Source: Balanoglossus misakiensis
Taxonomy: Eukaryota > Animalia > Hemichordata
NCBI GenBank assembly: GCA_040954595.2
Contig: CM082590.2
Span: forward strand, 2,976,001 to 3,040,000
DNA length: 64,000 nucleotides
Direction of reading: 5' to 3'
This document shows positions 15,001 to 29,900 of the stretch, piece by piece. Below the pieces are notes generated by a model. The model saw nothing but the letters and a program-made list of their open reading frames with translations. It had not been told where the DNA came from and did no database searches. Both the position numbers and the translations under genes were made by a program. Numbering within the stretch: the stretch's first letter is position 1; each line of letters begins with the position of its first letter.

Positions 15001-18000
15001 GGTTGCTTCCAAACAGCCTCGTTTATTTACCGAATTCTGTTCTGAGGCGCAGAGCACGCAATAGGCCTATGCGCATAAGAAAGTTTTCCACCAGACTCCG
15101 TAGATCGACGGATAGTTGTAAAATTTCCATGGTTGTTTCCAAACACAGCCTCGTTCATTTACAAAATTCTGTTGTGATGCGCTGAACACATACATATGCC
15201 TATGCGCATAAGAAAGTTTCCCACTAGACTCTGTAGATCGACGGATAGTTCTAACATTTCCATGATTGCTTCCAAACACATCCTCGATTGTTTACAAAAT
15301 TCTGTTGTGATGCGCAGAACACATAGATAGGCCTGTGCGCATATGAACGTTTTCCACTATACACTGTAGATCCAGAGATAGTTCTAAAACTTCCATGTTT
15401 GCTTCCAAACAGCCTCGTTTATTTGCGGAATTCTGTTTTGAGGCGCAGAACACATAGATAGGCATATGTGAATAAGAAAGTTTTCCACTATAGACTCTGT
15501 AGATCGAGAGATAGTTGTAAAATTTCCATGGTTGCTTCCAAACAGCCTCGTTTATTTACCGATTTCTGTTGTGAGGCGCAGAACACATAGATAGGCCTAT
15601 GCGCATAAAAAACTTTTCAACTTTAGATCAACGGATAGTTCAAAAATTTCCATGCTTGTTTCCAAACAGCCTCGTTTATTTACCGAATTCTGTTGTGATG
15701 CGTAGAACACATACATATGCCTATGCGCATAAGAAAGTTTTCCACTAGACTCCGTAGATCGACGAATAGTTCTAAAATGTCCATGGTTGCTTCCAAACAG
15801 CCTCGTTTATTGACGGAATTCTGTTTTGAGGCGCAGAACACATAGATAGGCATATGTGCATAAGAAAGTTTTCCACTATAGACTCTGTACATCGAGAGAT
15901 AGTTCTAAAATTTCCATGGTTGCTTCCAAACACAGCCTCGTTTGTTTACAAAATTCTGTTGTGATGCGCAGAACACATATATAGGCCTATGCGCATAAGA
16001 ACGTTTTCCACTAGACTCTGTAGATCGACGGATAGTTCTAAAATTTCCATGGTTGCTTCCAAACAGCCTCGTTTATTTACCGAATTCTGTTGTGAGGCAC
16101 AGAACACATTGATAGGCCTATGTGCATAAGAAAGTTTTCCACTATAGACTCTGTAGATCGAGAGATAGTTCTAAAATGTCCATGGTTGCTTCCAAACACA
16201 GCCTCGTTTGTTTACAAAATTCTGTTGTGATGCGCAGAACACATATATAGGCCTATGCGAATAAGAACGTTTCCACTAGACTCTGTAGATCGACGGATAG
16301 CTGTAAAATTTCCATGATTGCTTTTAAACAGCCTCGTTTATTTACCGATTTCTGTTGTGAGGCGCAGAACACATAGATAGGCATATGTGAATAAGAAAGT
16401 TTTCCACTATAGACTCTGTAGATCGAGAGATAGTTGTAAAATTTCCATGGTTGCTTCCAAACAGCCTCGTTTATTTACCGATTTCTGTTGTGAGGCGCAG
16501 AACACATAGATAGGCCTATGCGCATAAAAAACTTTTCAACTTTAGATCAACGGATAGTTCAAAAATTTCCATGGTTGTTTCCAAACAGCCTCGTTTATTT
16601 ACCGAATTCTGTTGTGATGCGTAGAACACATACATATGCCTATGCGCATAAGAAAGTTTTCCACTAGACTCCGTAGATCGACGAATAGTTCTAAAATGTC
16701 CATGGTTGCTTCCAAACAGCCTCGTTTATTGACGGAATTCTGTTTTGAGGCGCAGAACACATAGATAGGCATATGTGCATAAGAAAGTTTTCCACTATAG
16801 ACTCTGTACATCGAGAGATAGTTCTAAAATTTCCATGGTTGCTTCCAAACACAGCCTCGTTTGTTTACAAAATTCTGTTGTGATGCGCAGAACACATATA
16901 TAGGCCTATGCGCATAAGAACGTTTTCCACTAGACTCTGTAGATCGACGGATAGTTCTAAAATTTCCATGGTTGCTTCCAAACAGCCTCGTTTATTTACC
17001 GAATTCTGTTGTGAGGCACAGAACACATTGATAGGCCTATGTGCATAAGAAAGTTTTCCACTATAGACTCTGTAGATCGAGAGATAGTTCTAAAATGTCC
17101 ATGGTTGCTTCCAAACACAGCCTCGTTTGTTTACAAAATTCTGTTGTGATGCGCAGAACACATATATAGGCCTATGCGAATAAGAACGTTTCCACTAGAC
17201 TCTGTAGATCGACGGATAGCTGTAAAATTTCCATGATTGCTTTTAAACAGCCTCGTTTATTTACCGATTTCTGTTGTGAGGCGCAGAACACATAGATAGG
17301 CATATGTGCATAAGAAAGTTTTCCACTATAGACTCTGTAGATCGAGAGATAGTTCTAAAATGTCCATGGTTGCTTCCAAACACAGCCTCGTTTGTTTACA
17401 AAATTCTGTTGTGATGCGCAGAACACATATATAGGCCTATGCGCATAAGAACGTTTCCACTAGACTCTGTAGATCGACGGATAGCTGTAAAATTTCCATG
17501 GTTGCTTTTAAACAGCCTCGTTTATTTACCGATTTCTGTTGTGAGGCGCAGAACACATAGATAGGCATATGTGCATAAGAAAGTTTTCCACTATAGACTC
17601 TGTAGATCGAGAGATAGTTCTAAAATGTCCATGGTTGCTTCCAAACACAGCCTCGTTTGTTTACAAAATTCTGTTATGATGCGCAGAACACATATATAGG
17701 CCTATGCGCATAAGAACGTTTCCACTAGACTCTGTAGATCGACGGATAGCTGTAAAATTTCCATGGTTGCTTTTAAACAGCCTCGTTTATTTACCGATTT
17801 CTGTTGTGAGGCGCAGAACACATAGATAGGCATATGTGCATAAGAAAGTTTTCCACTATAGACTCTGTAGATCGAGAGATAGTTCTAAAATGTCCATGGT
17901 TGCTTCCAAACACAGCCTCGTTTATTTACCGATTTCTGTTGTGATGCGCATAACACATAGATAGGCCTATGCGCATAAGAACGTTTTCCACTAGACTCTG

Positions 18001-21000
18001 TAGATCGACGGATAGTTGTACAATTTCCATGGTTGCTTCCAAACAGCATCGTTTATTTACCGAATTCTGTTGTGAGGCGCAGAACACGTAATAGGTCTAT
18101 GCGCATAAGGAAGTTTTCCACCAGACTCTGTAGATCGACGGATAGTTGTAAAATTTCATGGTTGCTTCCAAATACAGCCTCGTTTATTTACCGATTTCTG
18201 TTGTGATGCGCATAACACATAGATAGGCCTATGCGCATAAGAACGTTTTCCACTAGACTATGTAGATCGACGGATAGTTGCACAATTTCCATGGTTGCTT
18301 CCAAACAGCCTCGTTTATTTACCGATTTCTGTTGTGAGGCGCAGAACACATGATAGGCCTATGCGCATAAGACATTTTTCCACTAGACTCTGTAGATCGA
18401 CGGATAGTTCTAAAATTTCCATGGTTGCTTCCAAACAGCCTTGTTTATTTACCGAATTCTGTTGTGAGGCGCAGAGCACGCAATAGGCCTATGCGCATAA
18501 GAAAGTTTTCCACCAGACTCCGTAGATCGACGGATAGTTGTAAAATTTCCATGGTTGTTTCCAAACACAGCCTCGTTCATTTACAAAATTCTGTTGTGAT
18601 GCGCTGAACACATACATATGCCTATGCGCATAAGAAAGTTTCCCACTAGACTCTGTAGATCGACGGATAGTTCTAAAATTTCCATGATTGCTTCCAAACA
18701 CATCCTCGATTGTTTACAAAATTCTGTTGTAATGCGCAGAACACATAGATAGGCCTGTGCGCATATGAACGTTTTCCACTATACACTGTAGATCCAGAGA
18801 TAGTTCTAAAACTTCCATGTTTGCTTCCAAACAGCCTCGTTTATTTGCGGAATTCTGTTTTGAGGCGCAGAACACATAGATAGGCATATGTGAATAAGAA
18901 AGTTTTCCACTATAGACTCTGTAGATCGAGAGATAGTTGTAAAATTTCCATGGTTGCTTCCAAACAGCCTCGTTTATTTACCGATTTCTGTTGTGAGGCG
19001 CAGAACACATAGATAGGCCTATGCGCATAAAAAACTTTTCAACTTTAGATCAACGGATAGTTCAAAAATTTCCATGGTTGTTTCCAAACAGCCTCGTTTA
19101 TTTACCGAATTCTGTTGTGATGCGTAGAACACATACATATGCCTATGCGCATAAGAAAGTTTTCCACTAGACTCCGTAGATCGACGAATAGTTCTAAAAT
19201 GTCCATGGTTGCTTCCAAACAGCCTCGTTTATTGACGGAATTCTGTTTTGAGGCGCAGAACACATAGATAGGCATATGTGCATAAGAAAGTTTTCCACTA
19301 TAGACTCTGTACATCGAGAGATAGTTCTAAAATTTCCATGGTTGCTTCCAAACACAGCCTCGTTTGTTTACAAAATTCTGTTGTGAAGCGCAGAACACAT
19401 ATATAGGCCTATGCGCATAAGAACGTTTTCCACTAGACTCTGTAGATCGACGGATAGCTGTAAAATGTCCATGGTTGCTTCCAAACACAGCCTCGTTTGT
19501 TTACAAAATTCTGTTTTGATGCGCAGAACACATATATAGGCCTATGCGCATAAGAACGTTTTCCACTAGACTTTGTAGATCGACGGATAGTTGTACAATG
19601 TCCATGGTTGCTTCCAAACAGCCTCGTTTATTTACCGAATTCTGTTGTGAGGCGCAGAACACGTAATAGGTCTATGCGCATAAGGAAGTTTTCCACCAGA
19701 CTCTGTAGATCGACGGATAGTTCTAAAATGTCCATGGTTGCTTCCAAACACAGCCTCGTTTGTTTACAAAATTCTGTTGTGATGCGCAGAACACATATAT
19801 AGGCCTATGCGCATAAGAACGTTTTCCACTAGACTTTGTAGATCGACGGATAGTTGTACAATGTCCATGGTTGCTTCCAAACAGCCTCGTTTATTTACCG
19901 AATTCTGTTGTGAGGCGCAGAACACGTAATAGGTCTATGCGCATAAGGAAGTTTTCCACCAGACTCTGTAGATCGACGGATAGTTGTAAAATTTCATGGT
20001 TGCTTCCAAATACAGCCTCGTTTATTTACCGATTTCTGTTGTGATGCGCATAACACATAGATAGGCCTATGCGCATAAGAACGTTTTCCACTAGACTCTG
20101 TAGATCGACGGATAGTTGTACAATTTCCATGGTTGCTTCCAAACAGCCTCGTTTATTTACCGATTTCTGTTGTGAGGCGCAGAACACATGATAGGCCTAT
20201 GCGCATAAGACATTTTTCCACTAGACTCTGTAGATCGACGGATAGTTCTAAAATTTCCATGGTTGCTTCCAAACAGCCTCGTTTATTTACCGAATTCTGT
20301 TGTGAGGCGCAGAGCACGTAATAGGCCTATGCGCATAAGAAAGTTTTCCACCAGACTCTGTAGATCGACGGATAGTTGTAAAATTTCCATGGTTGCTTCC
20401 AAACAGCCTCGTTTATTTACCGATTTCTGTTGTGATGCGCAGAACACATAGATAGGCATATGTGCATAATAAAGTTTTCCACTAGACTCTGTAGATCGAG
20501 AGATAGTTCTAAAATTTCCATGGTTGCTTCCAAACACAGCCTCGTTTGTTTACAAAATTCTGTTGTGATGCGCAGAACACATATATAGGCCTATGCGCAT
20601 AATAACGTTTTCCACTAGACTCTGTAGATCGACGGATAGTTGTAAAATTTCCATGGTTGCTTCCAAACAGCCTCGTTTATTTACCGAATTCTGTTGTGAG
20701 GCGCAGAACACATAGATAGGCATATGTGCATAAGAAAGTTTTCCACTATAGACTCTGTAGATCGAGAGATAGTTCTAAAATGTCCATGGTTGCTTCCAAA
20801 CACAGCCTCGTTTGTTTACAAAATTCTGTTGTGATGCGCAGAACACATATATAGGCCTATGCGCATAAGAACGTTTCCACTAGACTCTGTAGATCGACGG
20901 ATAGCTGTAAAATTTCCATGGTTGCTTCCAAACAGCCTCGTTTATTTACCGAATTCTGTTGTGAGGCGCAGAACACATAGATAGGCATATGTGCATAAGA

Positions 21001-24000
21001 AAGTTTTCCACTATAGACTCTGTAGATCGAGAGATAGTTCTAAAATGTCCATGGTTGCTTCCAAACACAGCCTCGTTTATTTACCGATTTCTGTTGTGAT
21101 GCGCATAACACATAGATAGGCCTATGCGCATAAGAACGTTTTCCACTAGACTCTGTAGATCGACGGATAGTTGTACAATTTCCATGGTTGCTTCCAAACA
21201 GCATCGTTTATTTACCGAATTCTGTTGTGAGACGCAGAACACGTAATAGGTCTATGCGCATAAGGAAGTTTTCCACCAGACTCTGTAGATCGACGGATAG
21301 TTGTAAAATTTCATGGTTGCTTCCAAATACAGCCTCGTTTATTTACCGATTTCTGTTGTGATGCGCATAACACATAGATAGGCCTATGCGCATAAGAACG
21401 TTTTCCACTAGACTCTGTAGATCGACGGATAGTTGTACAATTTCCATGGTTGCTTCCAAACAGCCTCGTTTATTTACCGATTTCTGTTGTGAGGCGCAGA
21501 GCACGTGATAGGCCTATGCGCATAAGACATTTTTCCACTAGACTCTGTAGATCGACGGATAGTTCTAAAATTTCCATGGTTGCTTCCAAACAGCCTCGTT
21601 TATTTACCGAATTCTGTTGTGATGCGCAGAACACATATATAGGCCTATGCGCATAAGAACGTTTCCACTAGACTCTGTAGATCGACGGATAGCTGTAAAA
21701 TTTCCATGGTTGCTTCCAAACAGCCTCGTTTATTTACCGAATTCTGTTGTGAGGCGCAGAACACATAGATAGGCATATGTGCATAAGAAAGTTTTCCACT
21801 ATAGACTCTGTAGATCGAGAGATAGTTCTAAAATGTCCATGGTTGCTTCCAAACACAGCCTCGTTTATTTACCGATTTCTGTTGTGATGCGCATAACACA
21901 TAGATAGGCCTATGCGCATAAGAACGTTTTCCACTAGACTCTGTAGATCGACGGATAGTTGTACAATTTCCATGGTTGCTTCCAAACAGCATCGTTTATT
22001 TACCGAATTCTGTTGTGAGACGCAGAACACGTAATAGGTCTATGCGCATAAGGAAGTTTTCCACCAGACTCTGTAGATCGACGGATAGTTGTAAAATTTC
22101 ATGGTTGCTTCCAAATACAGCCTCGTTTCTTTACCGATTTCTGTTGTGATGCGCATAACACATAGATAGGCCTATGCGCATAAGAACGTTTTCCACTAGA
22201 CTCTGTAGATCGACGGATAGTTGTACAATTTCCATGGTTGCTTCCAAACAGCCTCGTTTATTTACCGAATTCTGTTGTGAGGCGCAGAACACATAGATAG
22301 GCATATGTGCATAAGAAAGTTTTCCACTATAGACTCTGTAGATCGAGAGATAGTTCTAAAATGTCCATGGTTGCTTCCAAACACAGCCTCGTTTATTTAC
22401 CGATTTCTGTTGTGATGCGCATAACACATAGATAGGCCTATGCGCATAAGAACGTTTTCCACTAGACTCTGTAGATCGACGGATAGTTGTACAATTTCCA
22501 TGGTTGCTTCCAAACAGCATCGTTTATTTACCGAATTCTGTTGTGAGACGCAGAACACGTAATAGGTCTATGCGCATAAGGAAGTTTTCCACCAGACTCT
22601 GTAGATCGACGGATAGTTGTAAAATTTCATGGTTGCTTCCAAATACAGCCTCGTTTATTTACCGATTTCTGTTGTGATGCGCATAACACATAGATAGGCC
22701 TATGCGCATAAGAACGTTTTCCACTAGACTCTGTAGATCGACGGATAGTTGTACAATTTCCATGGTTGCTTCCAAACAGCCTCGTTTATTTACCGATTTC
22801 TGTTGTGAGGCGCAGAGCACGTGATAGGCCTATGCGCATAAGACATTTTTCCACTAGACTCTGTAGATCGACGGATAGTTCTAAAATTTCCATGGTTGCT
22901 TCCAAACAGCCTCGTTTATTTACCGAATTCTGTTGTGAGGCGCAGAGCACGTAATAGGCCTATGCGCATAAGAAAGTTTTCCACCAGACTCCGTAGATCG
23001 ACGGATAGTTGTAAAATTTCCATGGTTGTTTCCAAACACAGCCTCGTTCATTTACAAAATTCTGTTGTGATGCGCTGAACACATACATATGCCTATGCGC
23101 ATAAGAAAGTTTCCACTAGACTCTGTAGATCGACGGATAGTTCTAAAATTTCCATGATTGCTTCCAAACACATCCTCGATTGTTTACAAAATTCTGTTGT
23201 GATGCGCAGAACACATAGATAGGCCTATGCGCATATGAACGTTTTCCACTATACACTGTAGATCGAGAGATAGTTCTAAAACTTCCATGTTTGCTTCCAA
23301 ACAGCCTCGTTTATTTGCGGAATTCTGTTTTGAGGCGCAGAACACATAGATAGGCATATGTGAATAAGAAAGTTTTCCACTATAGACTCTGTAGATCGAG
23401 AGATAGTTGTAAAATTTCCATGGTTGCTTCCAAACAGCCTCGTTTATTTACCGATTTCTGTTGTGAGGCGCAGAACACATAGATAGGCCTATGCGCATAA
23501 AAAACTTTTCAACTTTAGATCAACGGATAGTTCAAAAATTTCCATGGTTGTTTCCAAACAGCCTCGTTTATTTACCGAATTCTGTTGTGATGCGTAGAAC
23601 ACATACATATGCCTATGCGCATAAGAAAGTTTTCCACTAGACTCCGTAGATCGACGAATAGTTCTAAAATGTCCATGGTTGCTTCCAAACAAAGCCTGGT
23701 TTGTTTACAAAATTCTGTTGTGATGCGCAGAACACATAGATAGGCCTATGCGCATATGAACGTTTTCCACTATACTCTGTAGATCGAGAGTTAGTTCTAA
23801 AATTTCCATGTTTGCTTCCAAACAGCCTCGTTTATTTACGGAACTCTGTTGTGAGGCGCAGAGCACGTAATAGGCCTATGCGCATAAGAAAGTTTTCCAC
23901 CAGACTCTGTAGATCGACGGATAGTTGTAAAATTTCCATGGTTGCTTCCAAACAGCCTCGTTTATTTACCGATTTCTGTTGTGATGCGCAGAACACATAG

Positions 24001-26959
24001 ATAGGCATATGTGCATAATAAAGTTTTCCACTAGACTCTGTAGATCGAGAGATAGTTCTAAAATTTCCATGGTTGCTTCCAAACACAGCCTCGTTTGTTT
24101 ACAAAATTCTGTTGTGATGCGCAGAACACATATATAGGCCTATGCGCATAATAACGTTTTCCACTAGACTCTGTAGATCGACGGATAGTTGTAAAATTTC
24201 CATGGTTGCTTCCAAACAGCCTCGTTTATTTACCGAATTCTGTTGTGAGGCGCAGAACACATAGATAGGCATATGTGCATAAGAAAGTTTTCCACTATAG
24301 ACTCTGTAGATCGAGAGATAGTTCTAAAATGTCCATGGTTGCTTCCAAACACAGCCTCGTTTGTTTACAAAATTCTGTTGTGATGCGCAGAACACATATA
24401 TAGGCCTATGCGCATAAGAACGTTTCCACTAGACTCTGTAGATCGACGGATAGCTGTAAAATTTCCATGGTTGCTTTTAAACAGCCTCGTTTATTTACCG
24501 ATTTCTGTTGTGAGGCGCAGAACACATAGATAGGCATATGTGCATAAGAAAGTTTTCCACTATAGACTCTGTAGATAGTTCTAAAATGTCCATGGTTGCT
24601 TCCAAACACACCCTCGTTTATTTACCGATTTCTGTTGAGATGCGCATAACACATAGATAGGCCTATGCGCATAAGAACGTTTTCTACTAGACTCTGTAGA
24701 TCGACGGATAGTTGTACAATTTCCATGGTTGCTTCCAAACAGCATCGTTTATTTACGGAATTCTGTTGTGAGGCGCAGAACACGTAATAGGTCTATGCGC
24801 ATAAGGAAGTTTTCCACCAGACTCTGTAGATCGACGGATAGTTGTTAAATTTCATGGTTGCTTCAAAATACAGCCTCGTTTATTTACCGATTTCTGTTGT
24901 GATGCGCATAACACATAGATAGGCCTATGCGCATAAGAACGTTTTCCACCAGACTCTGTAGATCGACGGATAGTTGTACAATTTCCATGGTTGCTTCCAA
25001 ACAGCCTCGTTTATTTACCGATTTCTGTTGTGAGGCGCAGAACACATGATAGGCCTATTCGCATAAGACATTTTTCCACTAGACTCTGTAGATCGACGGA
25101 TAGTTCTAAAATGTCCATGGTTGCTTCCAAACAGCCTCGTTTATTTACCGAATTCTGTTGTGAGGCGCAGAGCACGTAATAGGCCTATGCGCATAAGAAA
25201 GTTTTCCACCAGACTCCGTAGATCGACGGATAGTTGTAAAATTTACATGGTTGTTTCCAAACACAGCCTCGTTCATTTACAAAATTCTGTTGTGATGCGC
25301 TGAACACATACATATGCCTATGCGCATAAGAAAGTTTCCCACTAGACTCTGTAGATCGACGGATAGTTCTAAAATTTCCATGATTGCTTCCAAACACATC
25401 CTCGATTGTTTACAAAATTCTGTTGTGATGCGCAGAACACATATATAGGCCTATGCGCATATGAACGTTTTCCACTATACTCCGTAGATCGACGGATAGT
25501 TCTAAAATTTCCATTGTTGCTTCCAAACAGCCTCGTTTATTTACCGAATTCTGTTGTGAGGCGCAGAACACGTAATAGGCCTATGCGCATAAGAAACTTT
25601 TCAACTTTAGATCGAGAGATAGTTCTAAAATTTCCATGGTTGTTTCCAAACACAGCCTCGTTCATTTACAAAATTCTGTTGTGATGCGCTGAACACATAC
25701 ATATGCCTATGCGCATAAGAAAGTTTCCCACTAGACTCTGTAGATCGACGGATAGTTCTAAAATTTCCATGATTGCTTCCAAACACATCCTCGATTGATT
25801 ACAAAATTCTGTTGTGATGCGCAGAACACATAGATAGGCCTATGCGCATATGAACGTTTTCCACTATACACTGTAGATCGAGAGATAGTTCTAAAACTTC
25901 CATGTTTGCTTCCAAACAGCCTCGTTTATTTGCGGAATTCTGTTTTGAGGCGCAGAACACATAGATAGGCATATGTGAATAAGAAAGTTTTCCACTATAG
26001 ACTCTGAAGATCGAGAGATAGTTGTAAAATTTCCATGGTTGCTTGCAAACAGCCTCGTTTATTTACCGATTTCTGTTGTGAGGCGCAGAACACATAGATA
26101 GGCCTATGCGCATAAAAAACTTTTCAACTTTAGATCAACGGATAGTTCAAAAATTTCCATGGTTGTTTCCAAACAGCCTCGTTTATTTACCGAATTCTGT
26201 TGTGATGCGTAGAACACATACATATGCCTATGCGCATAAGAAAGTTTTCCACTAGACTCCGTAGATCGACGAATAGTTCTAAAATGTCCATGGTTGCTTC
26301 CAAACAAAGCCTGGTTTGTTTACAAAATTCTGTTGTGATGCGCAGAACACATAGATAGGCCTATGCGCATATGAACGTTTTCCACTATACTCTGTAGATC
26401 GAGAGTTAGTTCTAAAATTTCCATGTTTGCTTCCAAACAGCCTCGTTTATTTACGGAATTCTGTTTTGAGGCGCAGAACACATAGATAGGCATATGTGCA
26501 TAAGAAAGTTTTCCACTATAGACTCTGTACATCGAGAGATAGTTCTAAAATTTCCATGGTTGCTTTCAAACACAGCCTCGTTTGTTTACAAAATTCTGTT
26601 GTGATGCGCAGAACACATATATAGGCCTATGCGCATAAGAACGTTTTCCACTAGACTCTGTAGATCGACGGATAGTTCTAAAATTTCCATGGTTGCTTCC
26701 AAACAGCCTCGTTTATTTACCGAATTCTGTTGTGAGGCACAGAACACATAGATAGGCCTATGTGCATAAGAAAGTTTTCCACTATAGACTCTGTAGATCA
26801 AGAGATAGTTCTAAAATGTCCATGGTTGCTTCCAAACACAGCCTCGTTTGTTTACAAAATTCTGTTGTGATGCGCATAACACATAGATAGGCCTATGCGC
26901 ATAAGAACGTTTTCCACTAGACTCTGTAGATCGACGGATAGTTGTACAATTTCCATGGT

Positions 26960-29900
26960 TACTTCCAAACAGCCTCGTTTATTTACCGATTTCTGTTGTG
27001 AGGCGCAGAACACATGATAGGCCTATGCGCATAAGACATTTTTCCACTAGACTCTGTAGATCGACGGATAGTTCTAAAATTTCCATGGTTGCTTCCAAAC
27101 AGCCTCGTTTATTTACCGAATTCTGTTGTGAGGCGCAGAGCACGTAATAGGCCTATGCGCATAAGAAAGTTTTCCACCAGACTCTGTAGATCGACGGATA
27201 GTTGTAAAATTTCCATGGTTGCTTCCAAACAGCCTCGTTTATTTACCGATTTCTGTTGTGATGCGCAGAACACATAGATAGGCATATGTGCATAATAAAG
27301 TTTTCCACTAGACTCTGTAGATCGAGAGATAGTTCTAAAATTTCCATGGTTGCTTCCAAACACAGCCTCGTTTGTTTACACAATTCTGTTGTGATGCGCA
27401 GAACACATATATAGGCCTATGCGCATAATAACGTTTTCCACTAGACTCTGTAGATCGACGGATAGTTGTAAAATTTCCATGGTTGCTTTCAAACAGCCTC
27501 GTTTATTTACCGAATTCTGTTGTGAGGCGCAGAACACATAGATAGGCATATGTGCATAAGAAAGTTTTCCACTATAGACTCTGTAGATCGAGAGATAGTT
27601 CTAAAGTGTCCATGGTTGCTTCCAAACACAGCCTCGTTTGTTTACAAAATTCTGTTGTGATTCGCAGAACACATATATAGGCCTATGCGCATAAGAACGT
27701 TTCCACTAGACTCTGTAGATCGACGGATAGCTGTAAAATTTCCATGGTTGCTTTTAAACAGCCTCGTTTATTTACCGATTTCTGTTGTGAGGCGCAGAAC
27801 ACATAGATAGGCATATGTGCATAAGAAAGTTTTCCACTATAGACTCTGTAGATCGAGAGATAGTTCTAAAATGTCCATGGTTGCTTCCAAACACAGCCTC
27901 GTTTATTTACCGATTTCTGTTGTGATGCGCATAACACATAGATAGGCCTATGCGCATAAGAACGTTTTCCACTAGACTCTGTAGATCGACGGATAGTTCT
28001 AAAATTTCAATGGTTGCTTCCAAACAGCCTCGTTTATTTACCGAATTCTGTTGTGATGCGCAGAACACATGATAGGACTATGCGCATAAGAAATTTTTCC
28101 ACCAGACTCTGTAGATCGACGGATAGTTGTAAAATTTCCATGGTTGCTTCCAAACAGCATCGTTTATTTACCGAATTCTGTTGTGAGGCGCAGAACACGT
28201 AATAGGTCTATGCGCATAAGGAAGTTTTCCACTAGACTCTGTAGATCGACGGATAGTTGTACAATTTCCATGGTTGCTTCCAAACAGCCTCTTTTATTTA
28301 CCGATTTCTGTTGTGAGGCGCAGAACACATGATAGGCCTATGCGCATAAGACATTTTTCCACTAGACTCTGTAGATCGACGGATAGTTCTAAAATTTCCA
28401 TGGTTGCTTCCAAACAGCCTCGTTTATTTACCGAATTCTGTTGTGAGGCGCAGAGCACGTAATAGGCCTATGCGCATAAGAAAGTTTTCCACCAGACTCT
28501 GTAGATCGACGGATAGTTGTAAAATTTCCATGGTTGCTTCCAAACAGCATCGTTTATTTACCGAATTCTGTTGTGAGGCGCAGAACACGTAATAGGTCTA
28601 TGCGCATAAGGACGTTTTCCACTAGACTCTGTAGATCGACGGATAGTTGTACAATTTCCATGGTTGCTTCCAAACAGCCTCTTTTATTTACCGATTTCTG
28701 TTGTGAGGCGCAGAACACATGATAGGCCTATGCGCATAAGACATTTTTCCACTAGACTCTGTAGATCGACGGATAGTTCTAAAATTTCCATGGTTGCTTC
28801 CAAACAGCCTCGTTTATTTACCGAATTCTGTTGTGAGGCGCAGAGCACGTAATAGGCCTATGCGCATAAGAAAGTTTTCCACCAGACTCTGTAGATCGAC
28901 GGATAGTTGTAAAATTTCCATGGTTGCTTCCAAACAGCCTCGTTTATTTACCGATTTCTGTTGTGATGCGCAGAACACATAGATAGGCATATGTGCATAA
29001 TAAAGTTTTCCACTAGACTCTGTAGATCGAGAGATAGTTCTAAAATTTCCATGGTTGCTTCCAAACACAGCCTCGTTTGTTTACACAATTCTGTTGTGAT
29101 GCGCAGAACACATATATAGGCCTATGCGCATAATAACGTTTTCCACTAGACTCTGTAGATCGACGGATAGTTGTAAAATTTCCATGGTTGCTTTCAAACA
29201 GCCTCGTTTATTTACCGAATTCTGTTGTGAGGCGCAGAACACATAGATAGGCATATGTGCATAAGAAAGTTTTCCACTATAGACTCTGTAGATCGAGAGA
29301 TAGTTCTAAAGTGTCCATGGTTGCTTCCAAACACAGCCTCGTTTGTTTACAAAATTCTGTTGTGATGCGCAGAACACATATATAGGCCTATGCGCATAAG
29401 AACGTTTCCACTAGACTCTGTAGATCGACGGATAGCTGTAAAATTTCCATGGTTGCTTTTAAACAGCCTCGTTTATTTACCGATTTCTGTTGTGAGGCGC
29501 AGAACACATAGATAGGCATATGTGCATAAGAAAGTTTTCCACTATAGACTCTGTAGATCGAGAGATAGTTCTAAAATGTCCATGGTTGCTTCCAAACACA
29601 GCCTCGTTTATTTACCGATTTCTGTTGTGATGCGCATAACACATAGATAGGCCTATGCGCATAAGAACGTTTTCCACTAGACTCTGTAGATCGACGGATA
29701 GTTCTAAAATTTCAATGGTTGCTTCCAAACAGCCTCGTTTATTTACCGAATTCTGTTGTGATGCGCAGAACACATGATAGGACTATGCGCATAAGAAATT
29801 TTTCCACCAGACTCTGTAGATCGACGGATAGTTGTAAAATTTCCATGGTTGCTTCCAAACAGCATCGTTTATTTACCGAATTCTGTTGTGAGGCGCAGAA